From the IMG/VR virus record IMGVR_UViG_3300006127_000031, positions 1 to 40,474 of that record: a stretch of 40,474 bases of DNA; one strand, 5' to 3'. How positions within the stretch are numbered: position 1 is the stretch's first letter; each line of letters starts with the position of its first letter. Below, in pieces: positions 9,611 through 19,283 of the stretch. Position numbers and translations under genes: made by a program. The DNA comes from a virus. Lineage: Duplodnaviria; Caudoviricetes. Under the pieces are notes generated by a model, which worked only from the letters and a program-made list of their open reading frames with translations, had not been told where the DNA came from and ran no database searches.

Positions 9611-10840
9611 ATGTACGTAGAAGAACTAATACTCCGGTTAGCCTGCGAAGGCAAGTACCTGTTTGATACCCCACTAATGCCCCAAGTCGGTTGGGAATAC
9701 AACTTTTTAAATTCAGTCGGCGTACAGATACATTTAGGAAACGCCCTCACAGAAAAGCAAGCTACCCAATGTTTAAAAATTATCAAGCGTTATAAAACAC
9801 AATTAGAAGTATCGTTCAACACATCAATAGATTTAGACAATCCTGTTTACCAACAAGGATTTAGATTAGTCAGCCAGAATAAATCTGTACAGATAGCAGA
9901 CTACAAAGGGTCTAATGCGATAAAAGTTAAATTTCCTTACGATGAACAATTAATCAAAAAAATACACGATTACATAAACAGCACCAATTGGCGGTCTGTG
10001 CAATGGAACACAGCATTGAAGGAATTAGTAGCCAAATGGGATCAAGATGAAAAGGCTTGGATTTTTTCTCTTAAAGAAGAAAACATTATATGGATTTCTC
10101 TAAATCTTGTTCCGTTAGGATTCGAGCCCGATACTAAATTTAAAGATTATGTTGCAGAAATAAACACTGTATTGGACAATATAAACGATCACGCTCCTAT
10201 GGTTATTAAGGACGGCTCAACTTACGGATTTAAAAACGCATCTAGCAAAATAGCGGCATACGATACTGATAATGTGATAGATTTTTTATTCTATGCCAAG
10301 CATCGGGGGATTACTACCTGGGACGAATCTGTTGATGAAGATTTTAAAAATGCATCAGATTCTCCTGTCATTCGTAGTATCCTTAATAGTATCAACGCAC
10401 TATACATCGACAGTAATACATACGAAATTGCAGAATTTAATGATGTTTTAAAATTCAGTGGTCCAACACTAATCATTATCCCCGGCGGTAGTGAAATTGA
10501 GCACACAGTTAAATGGCATCAACACGCATTAGATTGCGGAATCACCAATGATCAAATCGCGGTTTTATTTAGGACTCCTAATCAAAGTAGTGGCGGGTTT
10601 AATCAGTATGTACGTGAAAATAATTTAAACAATGAAATCAGTGAGAATACTAGGCTAGTATTTGTCAGTACAAAAATTCCTAAACCTTTGGTAAAATCCG
10701 GTATTAAAATCAACACAATTATTAACTTAGGTTACTATAGTCAGATACATTTTTCTATGAGTGTGCTCTTGCAATCACCACCTAATATAGTGTATTATAA
10801 CAATAAGCAACCACACGGAGTAAACGTTGTCAACAGCTAA
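9611..10840 (+). CDS. hypothetical protein with a HARP-like segment
   Basis: VKFPYDEQLIKKI...AKWDQDEKAWIF resembles the HARP signature; overlaps the uvsW start. Confidence 0.55.
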   Translation: MYVEELILRLACEGKYLFDTPLMPQVGWEYNFLNSVGVQIHLGNALTEKQATQCLKIIKRYKTQLEVSFNTSIDLDNPVYQQGFRLVSQNKSVQIADYKGSNAIKVKFPYDEQLIKKIHDYINSTNWRSVQWNTALKELVAKWDQDEKAWIFSLKEENIIWISLNLVPLGFEPDTKFKDYVAEINTVLDNINDHAPMVIKDGSTYGFKNASSKIAAYDTDNVIDFLFYAKHRGITTWDESVDEDFKNASDSPVIRSILNSINALYIDSNTYEIAEFNDVLKFSGPTLIIIPGGSEIEHTVKWHQHALDCGITNDQIAVLFRTPNQSSGGFNQYVRENNLNNEISENTRLVFVSTKIPKPLVKSGIKINTIINLGYYSQIHFSMSVLLQSPPNIVYYNNKQPHGVNVVNS

Positions 10841-12278
10841 ACTAATAATAAAAGACGAAGTTAACGTAAAAATTGAAGGCTTAGATTTAGATACTAGGAA
10901 AGAACTAGTTAAAAAATTCAAGTACTTTGATCCAGCGGCAAGATACATGCCGGCGTACAAACTTGGACGTTGGGATGGTTGTACTACGTTTTTTGGACTA
11001 GGCGGAACTACGTATGTTAGCCTACTTGATCGCATCCTTCCACTGTTAGAGCAATGGGGGTATTATATCGAAGTCGAAGATCACAGAGTATCTGAGTCGC
11101 TAGCATTTAGTCAAGTAGGCGAGGACTATTGGGGCGATACTTGCTGGCCAGAAGGTCACATGATGGCTGGTCAGCCTATCAGATTGCGTGACTATCAGTG
11201 TGAGGTTATTAATAATTTCTTAGGTGCACCACAGGCTCTACAGGAAGTTGCTACAGGGGCAGGAAAAACTATTATCACAGCCACGCTGAGTAAGATATGC
11301 GAAAAATACGGCAGGACGATGACCATCGTACCAAATAAAAGTCTTGTTGAGCAAACTGAAGAAGATTTTAGAAATTGTGGATTAGACGTTGGTGTGTACT
11401 ACGGCGATAGGAAAGAATTAAACAAAACTCATACTATTTGCACGTGGCAGAGCCTAAACATCTTAGATAAGAAATCACACAACGATGATTCTGTATTGAC
11501 CCTTGCAGAATTTTTAGACAATGTTAAAACCATCATCATAGACGAAGTACATCAAGCCAAAGCAGAAGTATTAAAAAAATTATTAACAGTTAATTTTGCT
11601 CATGCGCCGATTCGCTGGGGATTAACTGGAACAGTTCCTAAAGATGACTTACAATTTGAAAGTATTCGATGCAGTTTAGGCGACGTGATTAATCGTGTAT
11701 CTGCACATGATTTACAACAAAGAGGGGTATTAAGTGCTTGTCATGTTAATATCATACAATCGCAAGAGCTTCGAGAATTTGAAAGTTACCCGGCAGAATT
11801 AAAGTATCTTGTTACCGACGAAGATCGCATGCTGTGGGTATCTAAGATGATAAAAGGAATTGCAGACAGCGGAAATACGTTAGTCCTAGTTGACAGGATT
11901 GAGTCAGGAAAATTTTTAGTTAACGAACTTCCAGAGTCTGTTTTTATCAGCGGCGCTGTTAAAACTAAAGATAGAAAAGAAGAATATGATGAAATTAAAA
12001 CCAGCGATAACAAGATTATTGTGGCGACTTATGGTGTGGCCGCTGTGGGTATTAATATCCCTAGGATTTTTAATTTGGTTCTTTTGGAGCCCGGAAAGAG
12101 CTTTGTACGAGTTATACAAAGTATTGGACGAGGTATTCGAAAGGCAGAAGATAAAGACTTTGTCCAGATCTGGGATGTCACAGCAAACACGAAATATGCT
12201 AAACGTCATCTCACTGAACGGAAACGGTTCTATAAAGAAGCGAAGTATCCGTTCGCTATTGAAAAGGTAAAATACTAA
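10827..12278 (+). CDS. uvsW: SF2 DNA helicase UvsW
   Basis: LRDYQ, ATGAGKT, IIDEVH, GLTGT, QSIGRGIR motifs. Confidence 0.95.
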   Translation: MSTAKLIIKDEVNVKIEGLDLDTRKELVKKFKYFDPAARYMPAYKLGRWDGCTTFFGLGGTTYVSLLDRILPLLEQWGYYIEVEDHRVSESLAFSQVGEDYWGDTCWPEGHMMAGQPIRLRDYQCEVINNFLGAPQALQEVATGAGKTIITATLSKICEKYGRTMTIVPNKSLVEQTEEDFRNCGLDVGVYYGDRKELNKTHTICTWQSLNILDKKSHNDDSVLTLAEFLDNVKTIIIDEVHQAKAEVLKKLLTVNFAHAPIRWGLTGTVPKDDLQFESIRCSLGDVINRVSAHDLQQRGVLSACHVNIIQSQELREFESYPAELKYLVTDEDRMLWVSKMIKGIADSGNTLVLVDRIESGKFLVNELPESVFISGAVKTKDRKEEYDEIKTSDNKIIVATYGVAAVGINIPRIFNLVLLEPGKSFVRVIQSIGRGIRKAEDKDFVQIWDVTANTKYAKRHLTERKRFYKEAKYPFAIEKVKY

Positions 12279-12279
12279 G

Positions 12280-12783
12280 ATGCAAATATTAACATTAGAC
12301 AACAAAACATTCTATCTAAATGATTTACCAGATGAGATTGATGAAGATTTTAGATTTTCTGTTTTAGATAACAGCGACAATCAAAATCCTGATTACTTCT
12401 TTCTGCCATTAATCTTTTTAGAATCATTTACAGGACCCGCCGCTGTACTTAAAGTGGGCCCACATGAAATTACTATGCCGTTAGATTGGTGCACCATTGT
12501 AGGCGACCCAACTGGCCCAGAAATGGAAGTGTTGCCACTTACTAGCTTGAACGATAGAGGATTTAAAACATTTACATTTAATCCGTTAAGTAGTTTCCGT
12601 CCTGAGTTTTTTGAAATTGATATCATTAACATTTACCAAGATGTTAAATGGTATTTTCCAAAGATGAAACCGGGACAGTTGTTGACCACGCCATTACACG
12701 GTGGAGATAAACCGGCATGTGCGTTCTTTGTCAAAGAAGTTAGCCGACAAAGTGAGATCGTTGACTATTCTAGGTGTTGGTAA
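12280..12783 (+). CDS. hypothetical beta-rich protein (167 aa)
   Basis: Clean ORF directly after uvsW; possible degenerate Hint fold (see findings). Confidence 0.7.
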   Translation: MQILTLDNKTFYLNDLPDEIDEDFRFSVLDNSDNQNPDYFFLPLIFLESFTGPAAVLKVGPHEITMPLDWCTIVGDPTGPEMEVLPLTSLNDRGFKTFTFNPLSSFRPEFFEIDIINIYQDVKWYFPKMKPGQLLTTPLHGGDKPACAFFVKEVSRQSEIVDYSRCW

Positions 12784-12784
12784 T

Positions 12785-13081
12785 ATGGGAAATCTTAAAC
12801 CAGGTGCAACCTATATACATGAACGTGTAGACAACGTAGTCTATGCTAGAGAGTTTGGTTCCGATCCTAGCACTAGGCAAGTAGTTGGCTGGGATTATGA
12901 CAAGGACGATCCAAATTTTGACCCACGCACAGCAGATGGCCGACCATTAATTGATCAGATGCGAGAAGATCAGCTCTGGGCAAACATCCGTAGGGAAGCA
13001 AAGACAAATCCCACTTTGCAGGCGGCCATGGAACGTGTTAAAATGTTATATTATTTGAGTAAAGAAAAAGATGGCACTTGA
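12785..13081 (+). CDS. hypothetical protein (98 aa, MGNLKPGATY...)
   Basis: ATG at 12785 just after the upstream stop is a better start than the track start at 12701. Confidence 0.7.
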   Translation: MGNLKPGATYIHERVDNVVYAREFGSDPSTRQVVGWDYDKDDPNFDPRTADGRPLIDQMREDQLWANIRREAKTNPTLQAAMERVKMLYYLSKEKDGT

Positions 13082-13526
13082 TATTAAACGTGAATTAAAT
13101 GCAGTTGATAAGAGAGATTATGATTTCTATGATAAACTGTCTGACGAAGAGAAGAAAGAATTCTCACCCTATATCCTGATGAGATATGTATCAAATGTAC
13201 AAGGTGATGCCGACACCCAAGAATGGTTCTTAGAACACACTAACGAACATGTGAACAAACACCATTGGGTATTATCAAAAAATCATAAAGCACTGTTGTG
13301 GAAATTATTTGCCGGATGTGGCACTGGTATTACTGCATATCATCCATATCTTAAAGCTAGCACGAAAGAAAAAGCAGTTAAGATTGAAAAGCTGTTAGCA
13401 GAGTTATATCCAGCGATGAAACTTAGAGAAATCAAGCAGTGGGCCAAGATGCTGTCTAAAGAAGACAAAGAAGAACTATTTGACAAGATGGGATTTGACA
13501 AAAAACAACGCAAGGAATACGAATAA
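13071..13526 (+). CDS. gp62: clamp loader small subunit (T4 gp62-like)
   Basis: FSPYILMRYVS and KIEKLLAELY...IKQWAKML align by eye with gp62 (YSKFMVENALS; IIKLLAKRY...AINYKSIL); promoter TTGCAG-17-TAAAAT upstream. Confidence 0.6.
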   Translation: MALDIKRELNAVDKRDYDFYDKLSDEEKKEFSPYILMRYVSNVQGDADTQEWFLEHTNEHVNKHHWVLSKNHKALLWKLFAGCGTGITAYHPYLKASTKEKAVKIEKLLAELYPAMKLREIKQWAKMLSKEDKEELFDKMGFDKKQRKEYE

Positions 13527-13699
13527 TGTGGACTGTTGGAGTTACAAAAGACGATCAAGTATTTTTAGAAACCGATGACTTCACACATGATGTAAGATTG
13601 TATGTCAACGGCGATTTTGCATCTAAGGAACAAGAAATAAAATACGCAAGCGATCTAGCGAGAAAAATTAACGGTACATTGGATGATGCAACTAGCTGA
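13526..13699 (+). CDS. small hypothetical protein (57 aa, MWTVGVTKDD...)
   Basis: Not in the ORF track; TAATG-coupled to gp62 and fills the gap. Confidence 0.6.
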   Translation: MWTVGVTKDDQVFLETDDFTHDVRLYVNGDFASKEQEIKYASDLARKINGTLDDATS

Positions 13700-14378
13700 A
13701 CAGCCTTTCACCTGCACACATTGTGGTAAGAGTTTTATGAAAGAGAAAACTCTGTTTGCTCACATGTGCGAACCTAAACGTAGGTTCATGCAGAAAGATG
13801 AAAAGCGTGTTCAAACAGGATTTTATGCGTTCAATCAATTCTATAAAATCCGCCAAGGCTCAAAAATACAAAAAACCTATGACGAATTTTGCAAGAGTGC
13901 GTACTATAATGCATTTGTAAAATTTGGCAGTTTCATGAATAATGTAAATCCGTTATATCCAGAAAAATTTATCGAATTTGTGATTAAAAGTGATGTTAAA
14001 CTTGATCACTGGTGTAGAGATGAACTGTACGAAACATATCTGTATGAGATGTTGAAAATAGAGCCAGTAGAATCTGCGTGTCGTCGGACTATCACTACAA
14101 TGATTGAATGGGGTGACACTAGCGGAGCACAATGGAATCATTATTTCAACTATGTGAATTTTAATCGAGCGGTGCATGACATTAAAGATGGAAAAATCTC
14201 AGCGTGGGTCATTTTAAACTGTTCATCTGGCAAGAAAATGCTTGAAAGTTTCAATGATGAGCAACTTGACTTAATCAGCAAGTCTCTAGATATTCCATAT
14301 TGGATCAAGCACTTCAAATCAAACAAAGAAGACGTTGCTGTAGTGAGAGAAATCTGTGAAGGTTCAGGAATCGAATAA
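13683..14378 (+). CDS. C2H2/C2HC zinc-finger protein, possibly a gp59-like helicase loader
   Basis: FTCTHCGKSF.....LFAHMC zinc finger; weak by-eye similarity to gp59. Confidence 0.55.
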   Translation: MMQLAEQPFTCTHCGKSFMKEKTLFAHMCEPKRRFMQKDEKRVQTGFYAFNQFYKIRQGSKIQKTYDEFCKSAYYNAFVKFGSFMNNVNPLYPEKFIEFVIKSDVKLDHWCRDELYETYLYEMLKIEPVESACRRTITTMIEWGDTSGAQWNHYFNYVNFNRAVHDIKDGKISAWVILNCSSGKKMLESFNDEQLDLISKSLDIPYWIKHFKSNKEDVAVVREICEGSGIE

Positions 14379-14953
14379 TGCCAGATATTGATATTGACTT
14401 CGCTAATCGAGATTTAGTCTTAGATAAGATTAAACATGCTGTGGCTGCGAGGATTGAAGGCAACGATGCTAAAAAACATAACACTGGTGTGTATTGTCAT
14501 GAAATTCCAGTCAATCCTCTTACAGGACTTGCTAGCATTGATTATGACGAAGCCGAAAGTCGAGGATATTTTAAAATAGATTTTCTAAATGCCAGCGTCT
14601 ATAATGACATCCGAGACGAAAATCATATCATTGAATTATTAAAGGTAGAACCTTTGTGGGATTTGTTAGAACAGAAAGATTTTTGTGACATGATATTCCA
14701 TGTTAACGGATATCATGAACTAGTTGCCAAACTAAAACCAAAAAATATTGAACAGTTGGCTATGTTTCTAGCCTTACTCAGACCGGGTAAAAAACATCTC
14801 ATCCCAATATGCCAAGAAAAAGGCTTCGATGCGATCAAAGACGAAATTTGGGTGAAAAATGAAGATGCTTATACGTTTAAGAAGAGTCATGCTGTTGCGT
14901 ATGCCCATGCTATCGTTGTACAAATGAATCGGATTTGTGAAAGTCTTAGCTAA
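14378..14953 (+). CDS. dnaE: miniature DNA polymerase III alpha (family C) catalytic core, 191 aa
   Basis: PDIDIDF, HNTGVY, GYFKIDFL, LKP..IEQLA..LALLRPG and YTFKKSHAVAYA motifs in DnaE order. Confidence 0.85.
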   Translation: MPDIDIDFANRDLVLDKIKHAVAARIEGNDAKKHNTGVYCHEIPVNPLTGLASIDYDEAESRGYFKIDFLNASVYNDIRDENHIIELLKVEPLWDLLEQKDFCDMIFHVNGYHELVAKLKPKNIEQLAMFLALLRPGKKHLIPICQEKGFDAIKDEIWVKNEDAYTFKKSHAVAYAHAIVVQMNRICESLS

Positions 14954-15335
14954 TCCGGCGTTTAGGATTACGTACTAGTTGTATCGACTTGCGTTTGATC
15001 CGTTTTTCTGCAATTTCGCTCAAATTTACCGTAGGACCAAAAATTATAGTAATGTCTTTGCTATTGAAAGTTTTGATATAAGGTCTAAAAGCAAACATTT
15101 CATTTTTTAAGAAAATATTAATTGGGATTTTACGATTTGACTCCCACCACCATGTTTCGCCGAGCTCTAAAAAGTTAGATTTTTCAAATTCTGTGCGGAT
15201 TATGCCAAAATCGTAAATGCTTGTAACATTAGAATCGTAGTTTATAACTATCCCTACATATTCGTCCTCGTTAGAACGTATGCAGGTGATAAATGGAAAT
15301 TTTTCTTGAAATTCTTGGTCTTTGTTTGACTTCAT
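14946..15335 (-). CDS. hypothetical protein (129 aa)
   Basis: Clean ORF filling the gap, with a distinctive WWWESNRKIPINIFL segment. Confidence 0.75.
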   Translation of the reverse strand: MKSNKDQEFQEKFPFITCIRSNEDEYVGIVINYDSNVTSIYDFGIIRTEFEKSNFLELGETWWWESNRKIPINIFLKNEMFAFRPYIKTFNSKDITIIFGPTVNLSEIAEKRIKRKSIQLVRNPKRRIS

Positions 15336-15354
15336 ATACCTTATAAATATGCTT

Positions 15355-16263
15355 ATGCAGAAATTACCTGTCTATTTATATACCAATCTATATGACATTA
15401 TACTAGATTTGGACAACTCACGAGGTGTTAACAACGTCATGTACCAGCGCAACCTAATTTTTCAAAAGGGCCTCAAAAATCAGGTCCAGATCCAGTTTAA
15501 AAACTCGGATCAAAAACCAGTACCAATCACAGGTGGCACATATTTTTTCAGAATGTTTGATAATTCAAACGTAATGCCATTTGAACCAAAAAAATTAGAC
15601 ATCATCGATGACGGTGTGACCACAAGCACACGTGGCTTGGCACTTTTGACCTTAACTGAAAGCGATACTATTGACGTACATCCACAAACTTACACATTCA
15701 GCATCACCGCGCTAGGTGCTGACGGTAGTTATGTACCAACCTACTCAAATACATATTATGGTGTTAATGGTGTAGCAGAAATCCGTGATGACGTACAACC
15801 ATTTTTAACCGAAAGTTTTTCAACTGAAACATTTACCTACTACAGAGATCAACCCATCGACAGATTTGGACAAGTTCAATACAACTGGTGGACATTTAGC
15901 TCAGGCACCCTCGAAGCCGACCCTGCACTCAACACAAATAATGGACTGCAAACCTTTGCTCTATACCTCGATAACTTCAAAGGTCATGTGGACATTTATG
16001 GTACACTCCAAAATACTCCAAGTGGCATGGGCAATGCCAACGAACAGTATGCCCTATTGAAAACAATCAATTATGATAAGAATTTTACCGGTGTAGATTA
16101 CCTCAATCTATATGGTAATTTTACCAATTTCAAAATCAAATACGTACCAGACGGCGACGTTACTGGTTCTAATTGGTATGGCGCATCTCTTCCTGGCAAC
16201 CCAGAGACAGGACAACCGTACTGGCCTAACGGAAAACTTGACAAAGTCCTATTTAGAAGCTAA
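15355..16263 (+). CDS. probable virion/baseplate protein with a BppU-like Ig domain
   Basis: Full late promoter TATAAATA at 15342-15349 supports the ATG at 15355; beta-rich 'IQFKNSDQKPVPITG...LTLTESDT...YTFSI'. Confidence 0.6.
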   Translation: MQKLPVYLYTNLYDIILDLDNSRGVNNVMYQRNLIFQKGLKNQVQIQFKNSDQKPVPITGGTYFFRMFDNSNVMPFEPKKLDIIDDGVTTSTRGLALLTLTESDTIDVHPQTYTFSITALGADGSYVPTYSNTYYGVNGVAEIRDDVQPFLTESFSTETFTYYRDQPIDRFGQVQYNWWTFSSGTLEADPALNTNNGLQTFALYLDNFKGHVDIYGTLQNTPSGMGNANEQYALLKTINYDKNFTGVDYLNLYGNFTNFKIKYVPDGDVTGSNWYGASLPGNPETGQPYWPNGKLDKVLFRS

Positions 16264-16266
16264 AAT
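16238..16266 (+). promoter_or_regulatory. sigma70 promoter for primase-helicase
   Basis: TTGACA-17 bp-TAAAAT, 6 nt before the ATG at 16273. Confidence 0.75.
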
Positions 16267-16272
16267 AGTTGC

Positions 16273-17274
16273 ATGAACCTGATTCAGGCAACCTTTTTAA
16301 ATTTCTTACCTCCGAAAAGAAAACAGACACCAAGCGGCTGGATCAGCTTCAATGCGCCCTGTTGTGTACACAACGGCGACAGAGTAGACAAACGGCAACG
16401 CGGTGGAGTAAAACTAAGCGGAGATGACGGTTTTCAGTATCATTGCTTCAATTGTGGTTTCAAAGCCGGTTGGATGCCTGGAAAATTGCTCAGTAAAAAT
16501 ACCAAAAGTCTCATGCGTTGGTTAGGCATGCCAGACGACGAAGTTAACAAACTTTCACTGGAAGCACTCAAGAACAAGGATGAATTAGACAAAACACCTA
16601 TACCACTAAATTTCGCATTAGAACCGAAAAATTTGCCAGAAAATTGCCTTTCTATCGAAACTTGGATCGATGAAGGTTGTGAGGATCCTGATTTTTTAAA
16701 TGTCATTGGTTACATCCTTGACAGAGGTATGCAACTTGATTGGTACGACTGGATGTGGTGTCCTGAAGCAGGATATAAGGATCGTGTTATCGTGCCATTT
16801 TTCCACGAAAATGTGGTCGTAGGCTGGACAGCCAGAAAAATCAAGGACGGCAAACCAAAATATTTGACATCGAGTCAACCAGGCTATGTTTTTAATTTAG
16901 GCGCACAAGCACACGACAGGAAATTTGTCATCGTAGTCGAAGGACAGTTTGATGCTATCGCGATAGATGGTGTGGCGATCGGTCATAATGAGCCAAATGA
17001 TGCCCAAATTATGAGAATTACTTCGTTAGGCCGAGAAGTTATCGTAGTTCCAGACAATGACAAGCCGGGAGCAAAATTAATCAAAGCGGCCATCGATAAT
17101 CGTTGGTCAGTGAGCTTGCCAGACTGGGGACCAGATGTAAAAGACGTTGCAGATGCAGTGAAGAAATTTGGCAGGATTTACACATTTTTCACGATTTTGA
17201 AGTATAGAGAGTCGGGAGAGATAAAAATTAAACTACTCAAAAAACAATTAGAAAACAAACATGACGACAGATAA
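16273..17274 (+). CDS. gp61: DNA primase (gp61/DnaG-type, Zn-binding + TOPRIM)
   Basis: PCCVH...HCFNCG zinc site; VVEGQFDA, PDNDKPG and KDVAD motifs. Confidence 0.9.
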   Translation: MNLIQATFLNFLPPKRKQTPSGWISFNAPCCVHNGDRVDKRQRGGVKLSGDDGFQYHCFNCGFKAGWMPGKLLSKNTKSLMRWLGMPDDEVNKLSLEALKNKDELDKTPIPLNFALEPKNLPENCLSIETWIDEGCEDPDFLNVIGYILDRGMQLDWYDWMWCPEAGYKDRVIVPFFHENVVVGWTARKIKDGKPKYLTSSQPGYVFNLGAQAHDRKFVIVVEGQFDAIAIDGVAIGHNEPNDAQIMRITSLGREVIVVPDNDKPGAKLIKAAIDNRWSVSLPDWGPDVKDVADAVKKFGRIYTFFTILKYRESGEIKIKLLKKQLENKHDDR

Positions 17275-18697
17275 TATACCAAACTACAGCGCCGAGATAC
17301 AGAGGTTATATCTCGAAATGTTCATGAGTGATGCTGAGACATTTGTGCGTTGTCAGAACATATTTGACCCCGAAAATTTCGACAGGAAACTCCAGGATGT
17401 TGCGGCATTTATCAATGCCTATGTGAATGAATATAAAATTATGCCAGAGGCACAGATCGTCAATGCGTCTTGCGGCACAGACCTAAATCCGGTAGAATTA
17501 CCTAAGGAAAACTATGATTGGTTGATGGCAGAATTTGAGACATTTTCACGCCATAAAGCACTTGAAAGGGCGATTTTAAAATCAGCTGATTTGTTGGACA
17601 AAGGCGATTATGGTCCAGTAGAAAAGATGATTAAAGACGCTGTACAAATCAGTCTACAGCGTGACATGGGTACAGATTACTTTGAAGATCCTAGACAGCG
17701 ACTTGAAGCATTGAAGAACTCAAATGGGCAAATTAGCACTGGTTGGCCGTCGATCGATAAGAAATTGTATGGTGGATTTAATCGAGGTGAATTAAACATT
17801 TGGTGTGCGGCATCAGGAGGCGGTAAGAGTTTGTTCCTTGCAAACTTGGGCTGTAACTGGGCATTGAACGGATTAAACGTCTTGTATCTAACATTTGAGT
17901 TGAGCGAAAATTTAGTGGCTATGCGTATGGATAGTATGATGACTGATGTACCGACTCGTGAAATTTTTAAGAATCTCGAAGACGTCGAACTCAAGGTTAG
18001 GATGCTAGGCAAGAAAGCAGGAAGCATACAAATCAAGTATATGCCTAGTGGTAAGACTGCGAATGATATCCGTGCATATCTAAAAGAATATCAAGTGAAA
18101 AAAGGATGCAAACCTGACATTTTATTGATCGACTATTTGGACTTGATGATGCCGATGTCAGTTAAAGTTAGTCCAAGCGATCTTTTCGTCAAAGACAAAT
18201 ATGTGTCAGAAGAACTGCGTAACTTGGCTATGGAAACGCAAGCGATTGTGTGTACAGCTAGTCAGTTAAATCGTGCGGCAGTGGAAGAAATTGAGTTTGA
18301 TCACAGTCATATTTCAGGTGGCTTATCTAAGATCCAAACAGCAGATAATGTGATTGGTATTTTTACAAGTCGTGCAATGAAGGAACGTGGACGCTATCAA
18401 ATCCAGTTTATGAAGACTCGTTCTAGTAGCGGAGTTGGACAAAAAGTTGACTTGGAATTTGACGTTGATACTCTGAGAATTAAAGACTTGGGTGACGAAG
18501 AAAGCGGCGACGGATTCAAGAAACCCGGAGCATCGATTTATGATAGCTTGAAAAAATCAAGCACAGTTGTAAATCAAGATACAGGTGAAATTAAATCTGA
18601 TCCTACTGAAGGAATTCCTGTGAGCAAAATCAAAGGTGTAACAGGTAATTCAAAGATTAGAGAACTACTGGCAAATATCAATCCAGAAAAAGATTAG
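17261..18697 (+). CDS. gp41: replicative DnaB-like helicase (gp41)
   Basis: STGW..ID, AASGGGKS, TFEL, IDYLDLM, ASQLNR, KTR motifs. Confidence 0.95.
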   Translation: MTTDNIPNYSAEIQRLYLEMFMSDAETFVRCQNIFDPENFDRKLQDVAAFINAYVNEYKIMPEAQIVNASCGTDLNPVELPKENYDWLMAEFETFSRHKALERAILKSADLLDKGDYGPVEKMIKDAVQISLQRDMGTDYFEDPRQRLEALKNSNGQISTGWPSIDKKLYGGFNRGELNIWCAASGGGKSLFLANLGCNWALNGLNVLYLTFELSENLVAMRMDSMMTDVPTREIFKNLEDVELKVRMLGKKAGSIQIKYMPSGKTANDIRAYLKEYQVKKGCKPDILLIDYLDLMMPMSVKVSPSDLFVKDKYVSEELRNLAMETQAIVCTASQLNRAAVEEIEFDHSHISGGLSKIQTADNVIGIFTSRAMKERGRYQIQFMKTRSSSGVGQKVDLEFDVDTLRIKDLGDEESGDGFKKPGASIYDSLKKSSTVVNQDTGEIKSDPTEGIPVSKIKGVTGNSKIRELLANINPEKD

Positions 18698-19254
18698 AAC
18701 AAGCTAGATATTTTTTGATTAACACAGTGACTGATCGCACGTTGCCACTGTTCTTCGCCTGTGCCGCTTAGGCAAACATCAATCGAGGCAGGCGCAGTAA
18801 GCCAACGATGATCCGGAGTCCACGGACTTATACCGCTCATTTCTCCGTCCAGTTGTCCTGCACTCCAAGCCGCTAGTCCAATACCAGGTCGCCAAATAGC
18901 AGGTCCATCATTTCCGGCTATAGCAGCCAAGATACTGATATCTCCAGTGATACCCAGATCGGGTGTAATTTGTAAGGTGCTCGGACTGGACCAATCCATC
19001 GTGTGTACTACGTGTACCCTGGCAGGCTCAACAGGCCCGCCTACGTAGACATTCGAAAATCCATCGTACTCGATCCCAGCGGCCTGCATGACTGTTTTCA
19101 TAGTTACAGCATTAGCTTCTTTATTCACTACTACTCCCCATGCACCATTAACTCCGTGTTGCGCCAGCAGGATAACCGCTTTGGAGAAGTGGGGGCTGTT
19201 GTTTTTCGGTTGGGAAACTAGTACATTTCCCATGAGTGAATTAAAACTGGTCAT
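18694..19254 (-). CDS. yqgE: YqgE/AlgH family protein (DUF179)
   Basis: P.....F.KAVILL..H...GA.GVVVNK, VYVGGPVE, G.AAW.AGQL..E, WL.APA motifs. Confidence 0.92.
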   Translation of the reverse strand: MTSFNSLMGNVLVSQPKNNSPHFSKAVILLAQHGVNGAWGVVVNKEANAVTMKTVMQAAGIEYDGFSNVYVGGPVEPARVHVVHTMDWSSPSTLQITPDLGITGDISILAAIAGNDGPAIWRPGIGLAAWSAGQLDGEMSGISPWTPDHRWLTAPASIDVCLSGTGEEQWQRAISHCVNQKISSLF

Positions 19255-19283
19255 AGTGATATTTACGCAATAAATAACAGTCT

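Noticed and set aside
2847-18697. Inteins or introns in terL, uvsX, uvsW, primase or helicase
   Set aside because: Lengths are normal, motifs are contiguous, and no splice motifs or homing endonucleases are visible
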